64,000 nucleotides of DNA from Bacteroidota bacterium (GCA_016192035.1 JACPUW010000035.1:52323-116322), one strand, 5' to 3'; counted from the stretch's first letter, positions 51,324 through 60,924 are shown. Numbers and translations: made by a program. The notes: generated by a model from the sequence alone, not told the origin.

Positions 51324-51815
51324 TTACGGTTGCAGGGTTTCAAACACCCCTTTATCCTTGTTTTTGCGCACGTTGTCCCAGCTAAATTTCATGCCGTTCA
51401 TGCTTATGTACACCCCATGGGGCAGGCTTTGCACAAAAGCCAGCGAGCTTCCCAGGTTGAACAAACCGTCAGAACTGCCAAACTTATAGGGAATCATGGC
51501 CCCGGTGAGCACAATGGTTTTGGGCAAATTGGCTTCGCCGAGCAGGCGGGCGGTCTGGGCCATGGTGTCGGTGCCATGTGTTATCACGATTCCGTCTTCA
51601 GGGCAGGCCTGGCAATTCATTAAGATGTTCTGCCTGTCCATATCGGTCATTTCCAGGCTGTCAACCATCATTAGGGTTGATATGCGCACATCAACCAAGC
51701 TCCGGCCCAGCTCCAAGATTTCCTGTATGTGGGTATCCCTAAAATACAGGGTGCCATTGAGCATATTGTATTCCTTGTCAAAAGTTCCCCCGGTAACAAA
51801 AATCCGAATGGCCAT
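51324..51815 (-). CDS. Short-chain asparaginase (N-terminal domain only)
   Basis: TGGTFDK, THGTDTM, LTGAM. Confidence 0.85.
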   Translation of the reverse strand: MAIRIFVTGGTFDKEYNMLNGTLYFRDTHIQEILELGRSLVDVRISTLMMVDSLEMTDMDRQNILMNCQACPEDGIVITHGTDTMAQTARLLGEANLPKTIVLTGAMIPYKFGSSDGLFNLGSSLAFVQSLPHGVYISMNGMKFSWDNVRKNKDKGVFETLQP

Positions 51816-51941
51816 GGCAGGTGTGCATTGAACCAACAAAGGTGTAGGGAATTGGCGTAACCTACCCAGCTGCGTTGGGAAAGCCTGGGCGTGGGCCAGC
51901 CCGCTACCTTTGCGGTTATACCTTAACAACAGACCTTAATA

Positions 51942-52712
51942 GTGAAACGGTTTATCACTTTTCTCATGCGCTATGTGCCCCGGCCCTGGTTATTGCGGTT
52001 TAGCTATGCGTTCAGGGTGTTGGCCTTGCCTTTTTATCGGGGTGAGCGGCACCGGTGCCCCGTATGCCAAACAGGCTTGCGCCAGTTCTTGCCCTATGGT
52101 ATCCAGTCGCGCAGTAATGCGCTTTGCCCAAACTGCCTATCACTAGAAAGACATAGGCTTATGTGGCTGTATATGAAAGAGAAAACGAATTTTTTTAGTG
52201 CCCCCAACAAGATGTTGCACATAGCTCCGGAGCAGTGCTTCTTAGCTAAGTTCAAATCCATGCCCGAGCTGTCCTACACCACTGGCGACCTGGAGTCGCC
52301 CCTGGCCGACGTAAAAATGGATGTGCATGATATTCCTTTTGCCGACAACACCTTTGACGTGGTGTTTTGTAACCATGTGTTAGAGCATGTTACCGACGAC
52401 CACCGGGCCATGACAGAAATACTGCGCGTATTGAAACCGGGTGGATGGGCCATGCTCCAATCGCCCAAGGATCCTAGCTATGCCGTGACGAAAGAAGACC
52501 CCAGCATAAGCGACCCATGGGAGCGTGAAAGGGCATTTGGGCAAAAAGACCATGTGCGCATGTACGGCGATGACTATGCGGCACGCATAGCAAAGGCTGG
52601 ATTTGAGGTGGTAGAAGACAAAACCGTGGACAGTTTAAGCCCAGATATGGTGACATACTATGGCTTGGCCCCCAAAGAATACCTTTATATAGGGAAAAAA
52701 CCCAGGGCCTAG
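51942..52712 (+). CDS. Class I SAM methyltransferase with N-terminal Cys knuckle
   Basis: CPVC..CPNC.SLERHR; LHIAPE; NHVLEHV; RVLKPGG; TACCTTTG at 51905-51912. Confidence 0.85.
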   Translation: MKRFITFLMRYVPRPWLLRFSYAFRVLALPFYRGERHRCPVCQTGLRQFLPYGIQSRSNALCPNCLSLERHRLMWLYMKEKTNFFSAPNKMLHIAPEQCFLAKFKSMPELSYTTGDLESPLADVKMDVHDIPFADNTFDVVFCNHVLEHVTDDHRAMTEILRVLKPGGWAMLQSPKDPSYAVTKEDPSISDPWERERAFGQKDHVRMYGDDYAARIAKAGFEVVEDKTVDSLSPDMVTYYGLAPKEYLYIGKKPRA

Positions 52713-53755
52713 AAGGGGTAATGGGCCAACATACGGTCCATGTGCTGGCGTAAGGTAAGGCCGTGTATCTGGGCAAAGTCGGTAGGAATGGAGAACCTTT
52801 CCTTAACCATATCCACTACGGCCTGGGCCCAAACAACTGGTTCAAAACCGCTTACTATCCTGCCGTAGCCCGTGGGCAAATTTGAGCCCCATCCGGTATG
52901 GGCAGAGAGCAAGACCGGGGCCCCACAGGCCAGGCTTTCAGAAATTACTTGTCCAAAGGGTTCATATACTGCGGGGTGAATGGTGTAATCGGCGGCAGTA
53001 AATAGACGCTCCGTGCAGGGTTCATAGCCAAGGTAGGTTATGTTGGGCAGGTGAGGGAGATCAAGAGGTGCACCGGCAATTTTGAGCTCCACCGGTTGGT
53101 CTTTCAGTAGGCTAAACACTTTCAATAAGAGCGGTATGCCTTTACGTCGGTGGGCGGTGGAGACGATGACGAAGGTGGTTTTTTGCTCAGACATGCCATA
53201 GTGCCGGCGCAGGGCTTGGCGTTCGGGCCAGAGGTTGCGGTTAAACCGATCGGTGGCCAAAGGCGGGGGCAGCACCACCATTTTATTGCGGGGCACGCCG
53301 TAGAGTGTTTCCAGGTTGTGGGCCACCATCTCAGAGCAGGGGTAAATCACCTTTGAAGCCCTGTAACTGTCCCTATCCAAATGGATTTGCAGCAAATCTG
53401 ATAGGTTGCGGGGGCTACGTCCTTGGGCCTTTAAGAACCCCAGATGGTCACCGGGCGCCAGGCAGGCTACTTGCTGGCCGGTGCGCTGTAGGCTAAGCGA
53501 AAAATCAAATTGGCTAGGGACAAAGTGTTTTCTCAATAGATGGTTGAAATACCAGAACCTGAATGGTTTGGGCATGATTCCCAGGGCTAGCTGCACCACT
53601 TTTACCCCAGGATGAAGGTGGAAATTGGGCGATTGTTTGTAGCAGAAAATGGTGATTTGATCTCCCCGCTGGTGGAAGTACTCCGTGTAAAGGCGCAGGC
53701 GGTTTTCCAAACCACCTACATGTGCTAGCCTCCAGTGCACCAGTGCTACTTTCAT
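52709..53755 (-). CDS. Glycosyltransferase family 4
   Basis: GGLE; RKGI; YEPFGQVISESLACGAPV. Confidence 0.9.
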   Translation of the reverse strand: MKVALVHWRLAHVGGLENRLRLYTEYFHQRGDQITIFCYKQSPNFHLHPGVKVVQLALGIMPKPFRFWYFNHLLRKHFVPSQFDFSLSLQRTGQQVACLAPGDHLGFLKAQGRSPRNLSDLLQIHLDRDSYRASKVIYPCSEMVAHNLETLYGVPRNKMVVLPPPLATDRFNRNLWPERQALRRHYGMSEQKTTFVIVSTAHRRKGIPLLLKVFSLLKDQPVELKIAGAPLDLPHLPNITYLGYEPCTERLFTAADYTIHPAVYEPFGQVISESLACGAPVLLSAHTGWGSNLPTGYGRIVSGFEPVVWAQAVVDMVKERFSIPTDFAQIHGLTLRQHMDRMLAHYPF

Positions 53756-53796
53756 GCGCCAAAGAAACGGATAAAGGAAGAGGAAGGAATGATGGC

Positions 53797-54288
53797 TTAG
53801 GCTCCTACCTGGCGGGGGCCGCCGGAGCGTTCTTTATCTACCACTTGGTCGAAATGCTTGCCGGCATACAAAAAGCCAAAAGCTTCTGCGCCATCCTTTT
53901 GAAGGTATTTGTGGTGTACCTTGTGGACCTTGATAATGCGGCGCATATACCTGCCCTTAAATTGCCATTGGTGCTTAAGCCGCTTGTGGACAATGATGTC
54001 GTGAAACACAAAGTAGGCCATGCCATAGGCCGTGACACCGAGCCCAATGTAAAACAAGGGCCAGAGATATGGCACCAAAAGACCGCTAAAAATGAAGCCC
54101 ATGGCCAGTAGGCTGAAGAAAATGCCGAAGAGGTCGTTTTTTTCAAAGAATCCCTTGGAATGCACGTGGTGATCGCGGTGCCAAGACCATAACCATCCGT
54201 GCATCACGTATTTGTGGGTGGCCCAGGCCACCGCCTCCATGGCGGCAAATGACAGTACCACCAATAAGATTTTGATTAGGGTGGGCAT
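53797..54288 (-). CDS. crtZ: Beta-carotene hydroxylase
   Basis: HKYVMHG, WHRDHH, FEKND, HDIIVHKR, HKVHH. Confidence 0.93.
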   Translation of the reverse strand: MPTLIKILLVVLSFAAMEAVAWATHKYVMHGWLWSWHRDHHVHSKGFFEKNDLFGIFFSLLAMGFIFSGLLVPYLWPLFYIGLGVTAYGMAYFVFHDIIVHKRLKHQWQFKGRYMRRIIKVHKVHHKYLQKDGAEAFGFLYAGKHFDQVVDKERSGGPRQVGA

Positions 54289-54842
54289 TAGAGCAGTCCG
54301 GTGAGCTTAATGCTCAGTGGGCTCACATTACTCAGGAACATTTCCAGGTACTCGCCATCTTCGTCCACCATGTATTTCTGGAAGTTCCACTTAACGGTGG
54401 TGCTCTCTACGCCGTTGAGCTCCTTTCGGGTGAGCCATCGGAATACTGGGTGTTGCCCGGGGCCTTTTACCTCCACTTTCTGGGTGATTTGGAAAGTAAC
54501 GCCGTAATTTTTCTGGCAGAAGGCCTTGATTTCTTCATGGGTGCCAGGTTCTTGTCCGCCAAACTGATTGCACGGCATGCCTATCACCACGAGTTTGTCG
54601 CCGTGTTCGAGGTGTAGTTTTTCCAATTCGGCATACTGTGGCGTGAACCCGCACTCAGAGGCAACATTTACAAACAAAATTTTCTTTCCCTTAAAACTTG
54701 ACAGTGCTATTTCATCACCGTCTATCAAGGTTATCTTGTATTCATGGATTGACTTCTCCATTTCATTTTGGTTTTTCTGGTATGAATAAGCAACACCGGC
54801 AATAAACAGGATACCTGCCGTAACGAAAATCCAGGTTTTCAT
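54288..54842 (-). CDS. Cys-type glutathione peroxidase family protein with N-terminal membrane anchor
   Basis: NVASECGFTPQY, PCNQFGGQEPG, WNFQK. Confidence 0.92.
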   Translation of the reverse strand: MKTWIFVTAGILFIAGVAYSYQKNQNEMEKSIHEYKITLIDGDEIALSSFKGKKILFVNVASECGFTPQYAELEKLHLEHGDKLVVIGMPCNQFGGQEPGTHEEIKAFCQKNYGVTFQITQKVEVKGPGQHPVFRWLTRKELNGVESTTVKWNFQKYMVDEDGEYLEMFLSNVSPLSIKLTGLL

Positions 54843-55549
54843 TGGTGCAAAGTTTGATGATTATAGGTGAATATTTTCAGCCTTAAAAGCTCAAAAATTG
54901 TTACATTAGTCATTATCAGTAGCATACCATACCATAAATCTTCAAAAGGTATGCTTCCGAGGCGGATTCCCACTGTTTCGGCATTGTTATACCACACAAT
55001 GGGTAGGGCGGTAAGCGCGCCGTTGACCAGTGAAAAGGGAATGATGGACAGGGCAAAGGCTACCAGGAAATTGGCCAACGAGTGATGGGCAAGTACTAGG
55101 AAATGAACTACAAAGGCGATGGAAAGCAAGAGGAAGGTAGTACTTGGATAGGCCAGGCCCAAACTGGAAAGGCCGGCTAACAATGCCCCCAGGGCCAGCG
55201 CAAAGGTGAGGGCGCGAGCCAGGCGGCGGCCCATTTGAAAATTGGCATACACCCTAACGCACTCATAGACAAAAACACAGGCATAGGGCACCACTATAAA
55301 GAACAGGCACTCTTCAATAGGTAGGTTAAACAGGCGTATGCCGGTGATGTACTGCGGATTAAAGCCCCATACCCCGGTTTCGGTAAACCACACATCCCAA
55401 GGAATGAAGACCGCTGCGGTAAGGAGCATGGCGAGCCCAAGTGGTTTGAGCAACCTATAGAACGCCACCTTCTTGTCAAAGGACAAGGCCAGGGGAGCCA
55501 AGATGGTGAGGGCGTCTATGGCCAGGTAGGTATATTTTCCCAGGTACAT
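54839..55549 (-). CDS. Membrane lycopene beta-cyclase (fused CrtYc/Yd type)
   Basis: Two repeats: WD..F...GVWGFN..LPIEECLFF and VWYN..IPFED. Confidence 0.85.
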   Translation of the reverse strand: MYLGKYTYLAIDALTILAPLALSFDKKVAFYRLLKPLGLAMLLTAAVFIPWDVWFTETGVWGFNPQYITGIRLFNLPIEECLFFIVVPYACVFVYECVRVYANFQMGRRLARALTFALALGALLAGLSSLGLAYPSTTFLLLSIAFVVHFLVLAHHSLANFLVAFALSIIPFSLVNGALTALPIVWYNNAETVGIRLGSIPFEDLWYGMLLIMTNVTIFELLRLKIFTYNHQTLHQ

Positions 55550-56385
55550 TACAGGGCGTTGAGCTGGTACTGCACATATGACTTCATGAGCAGGTAGAGT
55601 TTTTTGCTATTGGCCACCCTTACGCGTTTTTGTTTGATTACCTCGGGCTTAAGGCCTTTGATTTTGGAAAACAAACGCCGGTAGTAGATGTAGGCCAAAT
55701 ACACGCCCCTGCGGCAGCCGTGGGGCAGACGGACAATACCCGTGTAGGCATCATCAAAGTCGCGGGCTATGTCGGCTTCAATGGCCTGCTTGGCGCTCAG
55801 GTCAAAGCGGTCAAAATCGACACCGGGGAAATACACCCTGCCCCGTTCTTCCACGTCGTCCTTAATGTCGCGCAAGAAATTGACTTTTTGGAAGGCCGCG
55901 CCCAGTTTGCGGGCGGGCGATTGCAATGATTCAAAGTCGGCGGCATTGCCGTCCACAAATACCCATAAGCACATGAGCCCTACCACTTCCGCCGAACCGT
56001 AAATGTATTTGTTGTAGCCATCGCTTTGGTAGCTGTGGAAATGAAGGTCCATTTCCATGCTTTCGAGGAAGGCATCAATGAGCGCATAATCAATATGGTA
56101 CCGATGAACCACTACTTGGAAAGCGTGCAGCACCGGATTGAGGCTTATACCCTGGTGAATGGCCTGAAAAGTATCCTCCCTGAACTTTTGGAGTAGGGCG
56201 GCCTTGTCGGCATGGTGAAAGGTGTCCACTATTTCGTCGGCAAACCGGACGAAGGCATAGATGGAATACACGGGCTGGCGATATTTTGGTGCCAGGCTTT
56301 TGATACCCAGAGAAAACGAGGTGCTATATGCCTGGGTAACCATGCGGCTACACTGCCTGCAAGTCTGGTTGTAGAGTTCTAGCAT
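55549..56385 (-). CDS. crtB: Phytoene synthase
   Basis: YSTSF, RFADEIVD, AFQKVNFLRD, GRVYFP. Confidence 0.95.
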   Translation of the reverse strand: MLELYNQTCRQCSRMVTQAYSTSFSLGIKSLAPKYRQPVYSIYAFVRFADEIVDTFHHADKAALLQKFREDTFQAIHQGISLNPVLHAFQVVVHRYHIDYALIDAFLESMEMDLHFHSYQSDGYNKYIYGSAEVVGLMCLWVFVDGNAADFESLQSPARKLGAAFQKVNFLRDIKDDVEERGRVYFPGVDFDRFDLSAKQAIEADIARDFDDAYTGIVRLPHGCRRGVYLAYIYYRRLFSKIKGLKPEVIKQKRVRVANSKKLYLLMKSYVQYQLNAL

Positions 56386-57862
56386 GTTGGTGATTTTTGA
56401 TGATGCGTTCGGTGACCAATTTTGAGCTTACCACTACCATGGGCAGTCCTGTTCCGGGGGTGGTAGAGGCGCCCACGTAGTATAAGTTGTCAAATACTTC
56501 GTCTTGGTTCTTGGGCCTGAACCAGCCTATTTGGTTTAGGTCATGGGCCAAGCCCAACCCGCTTCCCTTATAGAGATTGAATTTGGATTCCCAATCCTTT
56601 GGCGTCCAAACCGTTTTGGAAAGGATATTGCCGCCAATGTCAAATCCCACCCGTTTGCCCAGGTCTTCTAATATGTTGTCGGCCAGGGCATTGGCATCGT
56701 CCCAATTTGATTTGTACCTCAGGTCGGGCACGGGGCACAAAATGAAGAGGTTTTCGCAGCCTTGAGGGGCGCAGGTATCGTTCATTTTGGAAAGCACGTT
56801 CACATAATAATAGGGTCTATCAGGGCTGGTTTGACGGGAGAAGATGTCGTCGGCGTATTCTTTAAAGTGTTCGCCCAGAAAGTAGTTGTGGTGGTGCAGG
56901 TTGTCAATTTTGCCATTCACACCCAGGTAAATGGTGAAGGGGGCCAGGGTCCACTTCTTTTGGTCAAGGCGGGATTCTGAAAACTGTGGGCGGCCCAGCA
57001 CCTGGCCCCTAAAGGCGGCCGCATCGCTATTGACCACATATACATCGGCTTTCCAGATTTTTCCGTGCTGGTCGCGCAGGCCAACTACCTGACCATTTTT
57101 CGAGCGTACTTCGGTGACTTCGGTGAGGAAAGAGAAATCCACGTTTCTTTTTTTCAACTCGGCCATCATCACGTCCACTATCTGATACATGCCGCCCTTT
57201 ACGTTCCAGTATCCATTGTGTTTGAGTTCGGTATAGTTGAGCAAGCTATACACGGCCGGTGTGTTAAAAGGGGTGGCGCCCAGAAAAAATGCCACCAGGG
57301 AGAAGATGATTTTGACCTCTTCGCTCTTAAAATGGCGGTTTAACTCGTCCCACATGCTGCGGTAAAGCATGGGCACGTACTTGATAGGTACTTTGGTAAA
57401 TTGGAGGAAGAACTGAAAGGGATTGTCAAAGTTGTTTTTGACGATGGGGTATTCAGTGGTGTGAAACAGGTCTTTTGCTTTGGCCAGGTAGGTATCTAGT
57501 TTTTTGAGGAAATCAGGTTCTATTGAGGCGAATTCCCTGGCCAGGTTGTCCAGGCTCTTGTACACCCGGTATTGACCGCGTTTTCCGGCAAAGTTGACGG
57601 TGTATAGCGGGTCAAGTTCATGAAAATCAATGGGGTTTTTCATGCCCACGCTATCAAAGAGTTCGTCGAACTCATAGCTCATGGAGAAGAAGGATGGGCC
57701 AACGTCCCAGGTAAAGCCGTCTTTTTTAAGCTGGTTGAGCCTGCCACCGGCTTGGTGGTGTTTTTCAAGTACCTGTACCTGATAGCCCAGGTGGGCCAGG
57801 CGCAGTGCGGTGGACAATCCCCCGAGCCCTGAGCCAACTATTAGTGCCTTAGGCTGCTGCAT
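56348..57862 (-). CDS. crtI: Phytoene desaturase family (CrtI)
   Basis: GSGLGG FAD motif, GGR, DVGPS, VGASTTPGTGLPMV. Confidence 0.88.
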   Translation of the reverse strand: MQQPKALIVGSGLGGLSTALRLAHLGYQVQVLEKHHQAGGRLNQLKKDGFTWDVGPSFFSMSYEFDELFDSVGMKNPIDFHELDPLYTVNFAGKRGQYRVYKSLDNLAREFASIEPDFLKKLDTYLAKAKDLFHTTEYPIVKNNFDNPFQFFLQFTKVPIKYVPMLYRSMWDELNRHFKSEEVKIIFSLVAFFLGATPFNTPAVYSLLNYTELKHNGYWNVKGGMYQIVDVMMAELKKRNVDFSFLTEVTEVRSKNGQVVGLRDQHGKIWKADVYVVNSDAAAFRGQVLGRPQFSESRLDQKKWTLAPFTIYLGVNGKIDNLHHHNYFLGEHFKEYADDIFSRQTSPDRPYYYVNVLSKMNDTCAPQGCENLFILCPVPDLRYKSNWDDANALADNILEDLGKRVGFDIGGNILSKTVWTPKDWESKFNLYKGSGLGLAHDLNQIGWFRPKNQDEVFDNLYYVGASTTPGTGLPMVVVSSKLVTERIIKNHQHARTLQPDLQAV

Positions 57863-58370
57863 GGGTTATGTTTAGGTGTTGAAGCATTCTTTTGAGTTCT
57901 TGGCGGGCCAGGAAGATGCGGCTTTTTACGGTGCCAAGAGGGAGTCCCAGTTCATTGGCAATTTCTTGATACTTATATCCTTCAAAATGGCGCATAAACG
58001 GTATGCGGTATTCATCCTGTAATTTGGCTACCACTCTTTCCAGGTCTTCCATCATCATACTTGACTGGGCGCGGTTGGGCTCATGAAGCTGGCCGTGGTC
58101 TAAGAAAAAGCCTTCTTCGGTGTCGTCGTGAGAAACCTTAAGCCTTCCCTTTCGGCGGTAGTTGTTGATGAAAATGTTTTTCATTATGGTGTACAACCAT
58201 GCTTTGATATTGGTGCCATCTTCAAATTTTTCCCGGTTGTTCAGGGCTTTGAACATGGTTTCCTGTAGTAGGTCGTTGGTGTCCTCTAGGTCGTTGGTGA
58301 GGTGGAGGGCATATGGCTTCAAAAAGCTCTGAAGCGCTATTACGTGGGTTTGAAATTCGTGAGTGGACAT
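57849..58370 (-). CDS. ECF sigma-70 factor heading the crt operon
   Basis: DLLQET..KA; AWLYTIMKNIFIN; GYKYQEIA..LPLGTVKSRIFLAR. Confidence 0.92.
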   Translation of the reverse strand: MSTHEFQTHVIALQSFLKPYALHLTNDLEDTNDLLQETMFKALNNREKFEDGTNIKAWLYTIMKNIFINNYRRKGRLKVSHDDTEEGFFLDHGQLHEPNRAQSSMMMEDLERVVAKLQDEYRIPFMRHFEGYKYQEIANELGLPLGTVKSRIFLARQELKRMLQHLNITHAAA

Positions 58371-58371
58371 T

Positions 58372-58402
58372 TGTTTAATTTATGATGGTTCAAACTTAAA
58401 CA
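58372..58402. promoter_or_regulatory. Candidate operator: inverted repeat TGTTTAA-N17-TTAAACA
   Basis: Arms at 58372-58378 and 58396-58402, directly upstream of the sigma ATG; a third TTAAACA at 58451-58457. Confidence 0.4.
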
Positions 58403-58972
58403 GTATGAGAATATCTCCCTGTGTTTTGTGGAGCGATTTAGTTCTTTTTATTAAACAGAAAATCAAAATGCGTGTCAGAACATGTAATTTCAATGATTTC
58501 AATCTTAGCCATTAACAAGGTTTAACTGGATGCCGGAAGCAATTAGGGGGTGCTTATGGCTGTGCCAAGCCTTGTGTAAGGCAGTATAGACAAGGGACCC
58601 GCAGGGCAATGGATTCACCACCAAGGGCTAAAGCATATGGGGCGAAGTGAGCGGTGGGAGGGTGGGGCGCACTGCTTGGACAGGCCTGGCCACCGCCACA
58701 ACCATATGAAAACCATGCCTATAAATCCTGAAAGGTAGGCGGCAAGATAGCCAGGGGGGCAGGGCACAGGTAGGAGGGTTTGGCCATGGGCAGACTGCCA
58801 AAGATGTTGTGCATGAAGAGGATGTGGAATTTGAGTTGCTAGGGTGGAGTGTGGGGCAGATTGTTTTTTTTACCCAATACTAAAGGGCAGCTACTGGGTG
58901 GATGGGATTGGCCAGGTGTGTGGCCTATGGCAGTGGGATTAGGAGGGCGGGGCAATTCTGTATTTTTGGCCG

Positions 58973-59551
58973 GTGAATCGAGCATGTATGAGAGGTGGCC
59001 TGTTCCTGGTTTTGTGGGTGGGCTTGCTGTTGTGGTCGCCAAAGGCACAGTGCCAGAAACAGTATTTCTTTGAGCTTTCGCCACTGTATTTTTTTTACCA
59101 GGGTGGTGGTGGGGCCATAGGGGCTGAAAAGGGCCACTGGCAAAACGGTTTTTCGTTTACCACGTTCAACCCTAGCAGTTTTGTGCAGGGCGGAAAGGTG
59201 CATGTGACAGGGAGCTACCAAGCCCTAAGGGCCATGAACTTTGAGCCTTTTACCAAGTTCTTTTTTAGCAAGGAGCGTAAATGGGTGTACCTGGGACTGC
59301 ACTTGGTGCCTGAAATTTACCAGGTGCTTGACCAGTCAACGGGCACTACCAACTATCAGATTAATCTGTATGCGAAACCTAAGGCGGGCATTAGGTGGTT
59401 TCCGTTTAAGGAGGTGCTGTACCTGGACCTGGGGTATGCGGTGAGCGTGCGCCTGCTGGATGCTCCGCTTGACCATGTGAACGGTAGCACACTGCAGTGG
59501 AATGACTATGTGGGTTATCCGGAGGCGAGTATTGGGCTGAGGATTAAGTGA
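58973..59551 (+). CDS. Exported small beta-barrel-like hypothetical protein
   Basis: Signal peptide ending AQCQ; amphipathic beta strands; GIRWFPF; C-terminal ASIGLRIK. Confidence 0.6.
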   Translation: MNRACMRGGLFLVLWVGLLLWSPKAQCQKQYFFELSPLYFFYQGGGGAIGAEKGHWQNGFSFTTFNPSSFVQGGKVHVTGSYQALRAMNFEPFTKFFFSKERKWVYLGLHLVPEIYQVLDQSTGTTNYQINLYAKPKAGIRWFPFKEVLYLDLGYAVSVRLLDAPLDHVNGSTLQWNDYVGYPEASIGLRIK

Positions 59552-59753
59552 GAAGGTAGAAGGTAGAAGGTAGAAGGTAGAAGGTAGAAGTCAGAAGGTA
59601 GAAGTGAGAAGGTAGAAGTCAGAAGGTAGAAGTGAGAAGGTAGAAGGTAGAAGGTAGAAGGTAGAAGGTAGAAGGTAGAAGTGAGAAGGTAGAAGGTAGA
59701 AGGTAGAAGGTAGAAGTCAGAAGGTAGAAGTCAGAAGGTAGAAGTCAGAAGGA
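59551..59753 (+). repeat. Heptanucleotide tandem repeat AGAAG(GT/TC/TG), 29 units
   Basis: Counted by hand: 20x AGAAGGT, 5x AGAAGTC, 3x AGAAGTG and a final AGAAGGA. Confidence 0.97.
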
Positions 59754-59777
59754 GATTTTAATTTTAATGAACAGAAA

Positions 59778-60242
59778 ATGAATAGTTTGCAGGAATCTTT
59801 GGCTATACTGCGCATCACTCGCGGGCGAATTGCTGACCTGTTGTTGTCGCTGGATTTGGAACAGGTAAACCGGATTCCTAAGGGCTGGAACAACAATTTG
59901 ATTTGGAATGCTGCCCACTGTGTGGCTACCCAACAACTGCTTACCTACGGGCTGGCGGGGCTTAAGATTCCGTTGCCAGGGCATTTTGTAGAGAGATACC
60001 GCAAGGGCACCGTGCCGCAAGGGCCTGTGGGCAATGATGAAATGGAGGAGGTATTGTACTGGCTTGGCGATAGCCCCATTCAATTGGCCGCCGATCTTGA
60101 ATTGAAGGATTTTGGCTCTTTTGCCCGGTACGAAACCAGCTATGGCTATACCCTGCACACCATAGGAGAGGCGCTGGCTTTTAACAATACGCACGAGGGC
60201 CTGCACCTGGGCTATATGATGGCCCTACGGCGGGCGATATAG
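59778..60242 (+). CDS. DinB/YfiT-family protein
   Basis: NNLIWNAAH, TQQLL.Y, FNNTHEGLHLGY (His triad). Confidence 0.9.
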   Translation: MNSLQESLAILRITRGRIADLLLSLDLEQVNRIPKGWNNNLIWNAAHCVATQQLLTYGLAGLKIPLPGHFVERYRKGTVPQGPVGNDEMEEVLYWLGDSPIQLAADLELKDFGSFARYETSYGYTLHTIGEALAFNNTHEGLHLGYMMALRRAI

Positions 60243-60668
60243 GGTGAGTACACACAGGGTAAGTGATTTGGTGGGGGGCCTAATTGGTACATATTCAAGA
60301 TGATGCAATTGTGGCCGAAAAAAATTGACATGGCAGTAGCCCATGTGAAATTTTGGCTACATTTAGCCTTCTTACTAAGTTAGCCTGTAGTACACCCTGC
60401 CAAAGGGGCAAAATGGGACTGACCTGGCGAAGCCTATTTTCTGATGTCAATTGAGGACTTTAATGTATTGATAAGCAGTATTATAGACAAATTGGAGACC
60501 AGTAGGAATGGGGGCGTCCATGCAGGTATAAACGCCCGATCAACAGGGATGCGATGCGAACGGCCGCTTGCCTGGGCCCCCATTATGTGATTGCTGCCAA
60601 GGTTCAGGCAAAAGGATGGGCGGGGGCCGTATGCAATGAGCAATTCCAAAGGCGGGCAGGGGCATGGC

Positions 60669-60794
60669 TACATCCAAACTGCCCTAGGGCATACCAGCAG
60701 CAAGACAACGGAAGTGTACACTAGGGTTACATCCATCAACAACAAAACCTTGCGCAGCCCTTTGGACAGTTTGTACGACACAGCTTACCTTTGA
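60669..60794 (+). pseudogene. C-terminal remnant of a tyrosine recombinase/integrase
   Basis: YIQTALGHTSSKTTEVYTRV...LRSPLDSL matches box II (LGH...T..Y catalytic Tyr) and the SPLD tail of IntI/Xer-like integrases; no upstream HxxR motif found. Confidence 0.8.
60761..60793 (+). promoter_or_regulatory. Pc-like promoter inside the integrase 3' end
   Basis: TTTG (60761-60764), 21 nt spacer, TACCTTTG (60786-60793): the Bacteroidota -33/-7 consensus, facing the cassettes. Confidence 0.65.
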
Positions 60795-60829
60795 ATATGC
60801 CAAACTCAAACCACTTCGCACATAGTCAA

Positions 60830-60885
60830 TATATACGCAATAGGTCACGTGGAGTTGCGTATATACGGATGTTATAGCCAATGCT
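60830..60885 (+). other. attI-like recombination site
   Basis: Perfect 11-bp IR TATATACGCAA (60830-60840)/TTGCGTATATA (60855-60865), then 5 nt and the GTT at 60871 that opens cassette 1. Confidence 0.6.
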
Positions 60886-60924
60886 AAGAGAACGAAACGA
60901 CAATTCTAAAACTTAACAAAACGA

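Noticed and set aside
59551..59753. CRISPR array
   Set aside because: 7-bp period with no unique spacers and no cas genes in the window
59778..60242. DinB gene as a cassette
   Set aside because: Host-like GC, upstream of the integrase remnant, and no AAC/GTT palindrome seen after it
60591..60668. N-terminal part of the 67-aa ORF as a real gene start
   Set aside because: No recombinase similarity before YIQTALGH; the open frame appears incidental
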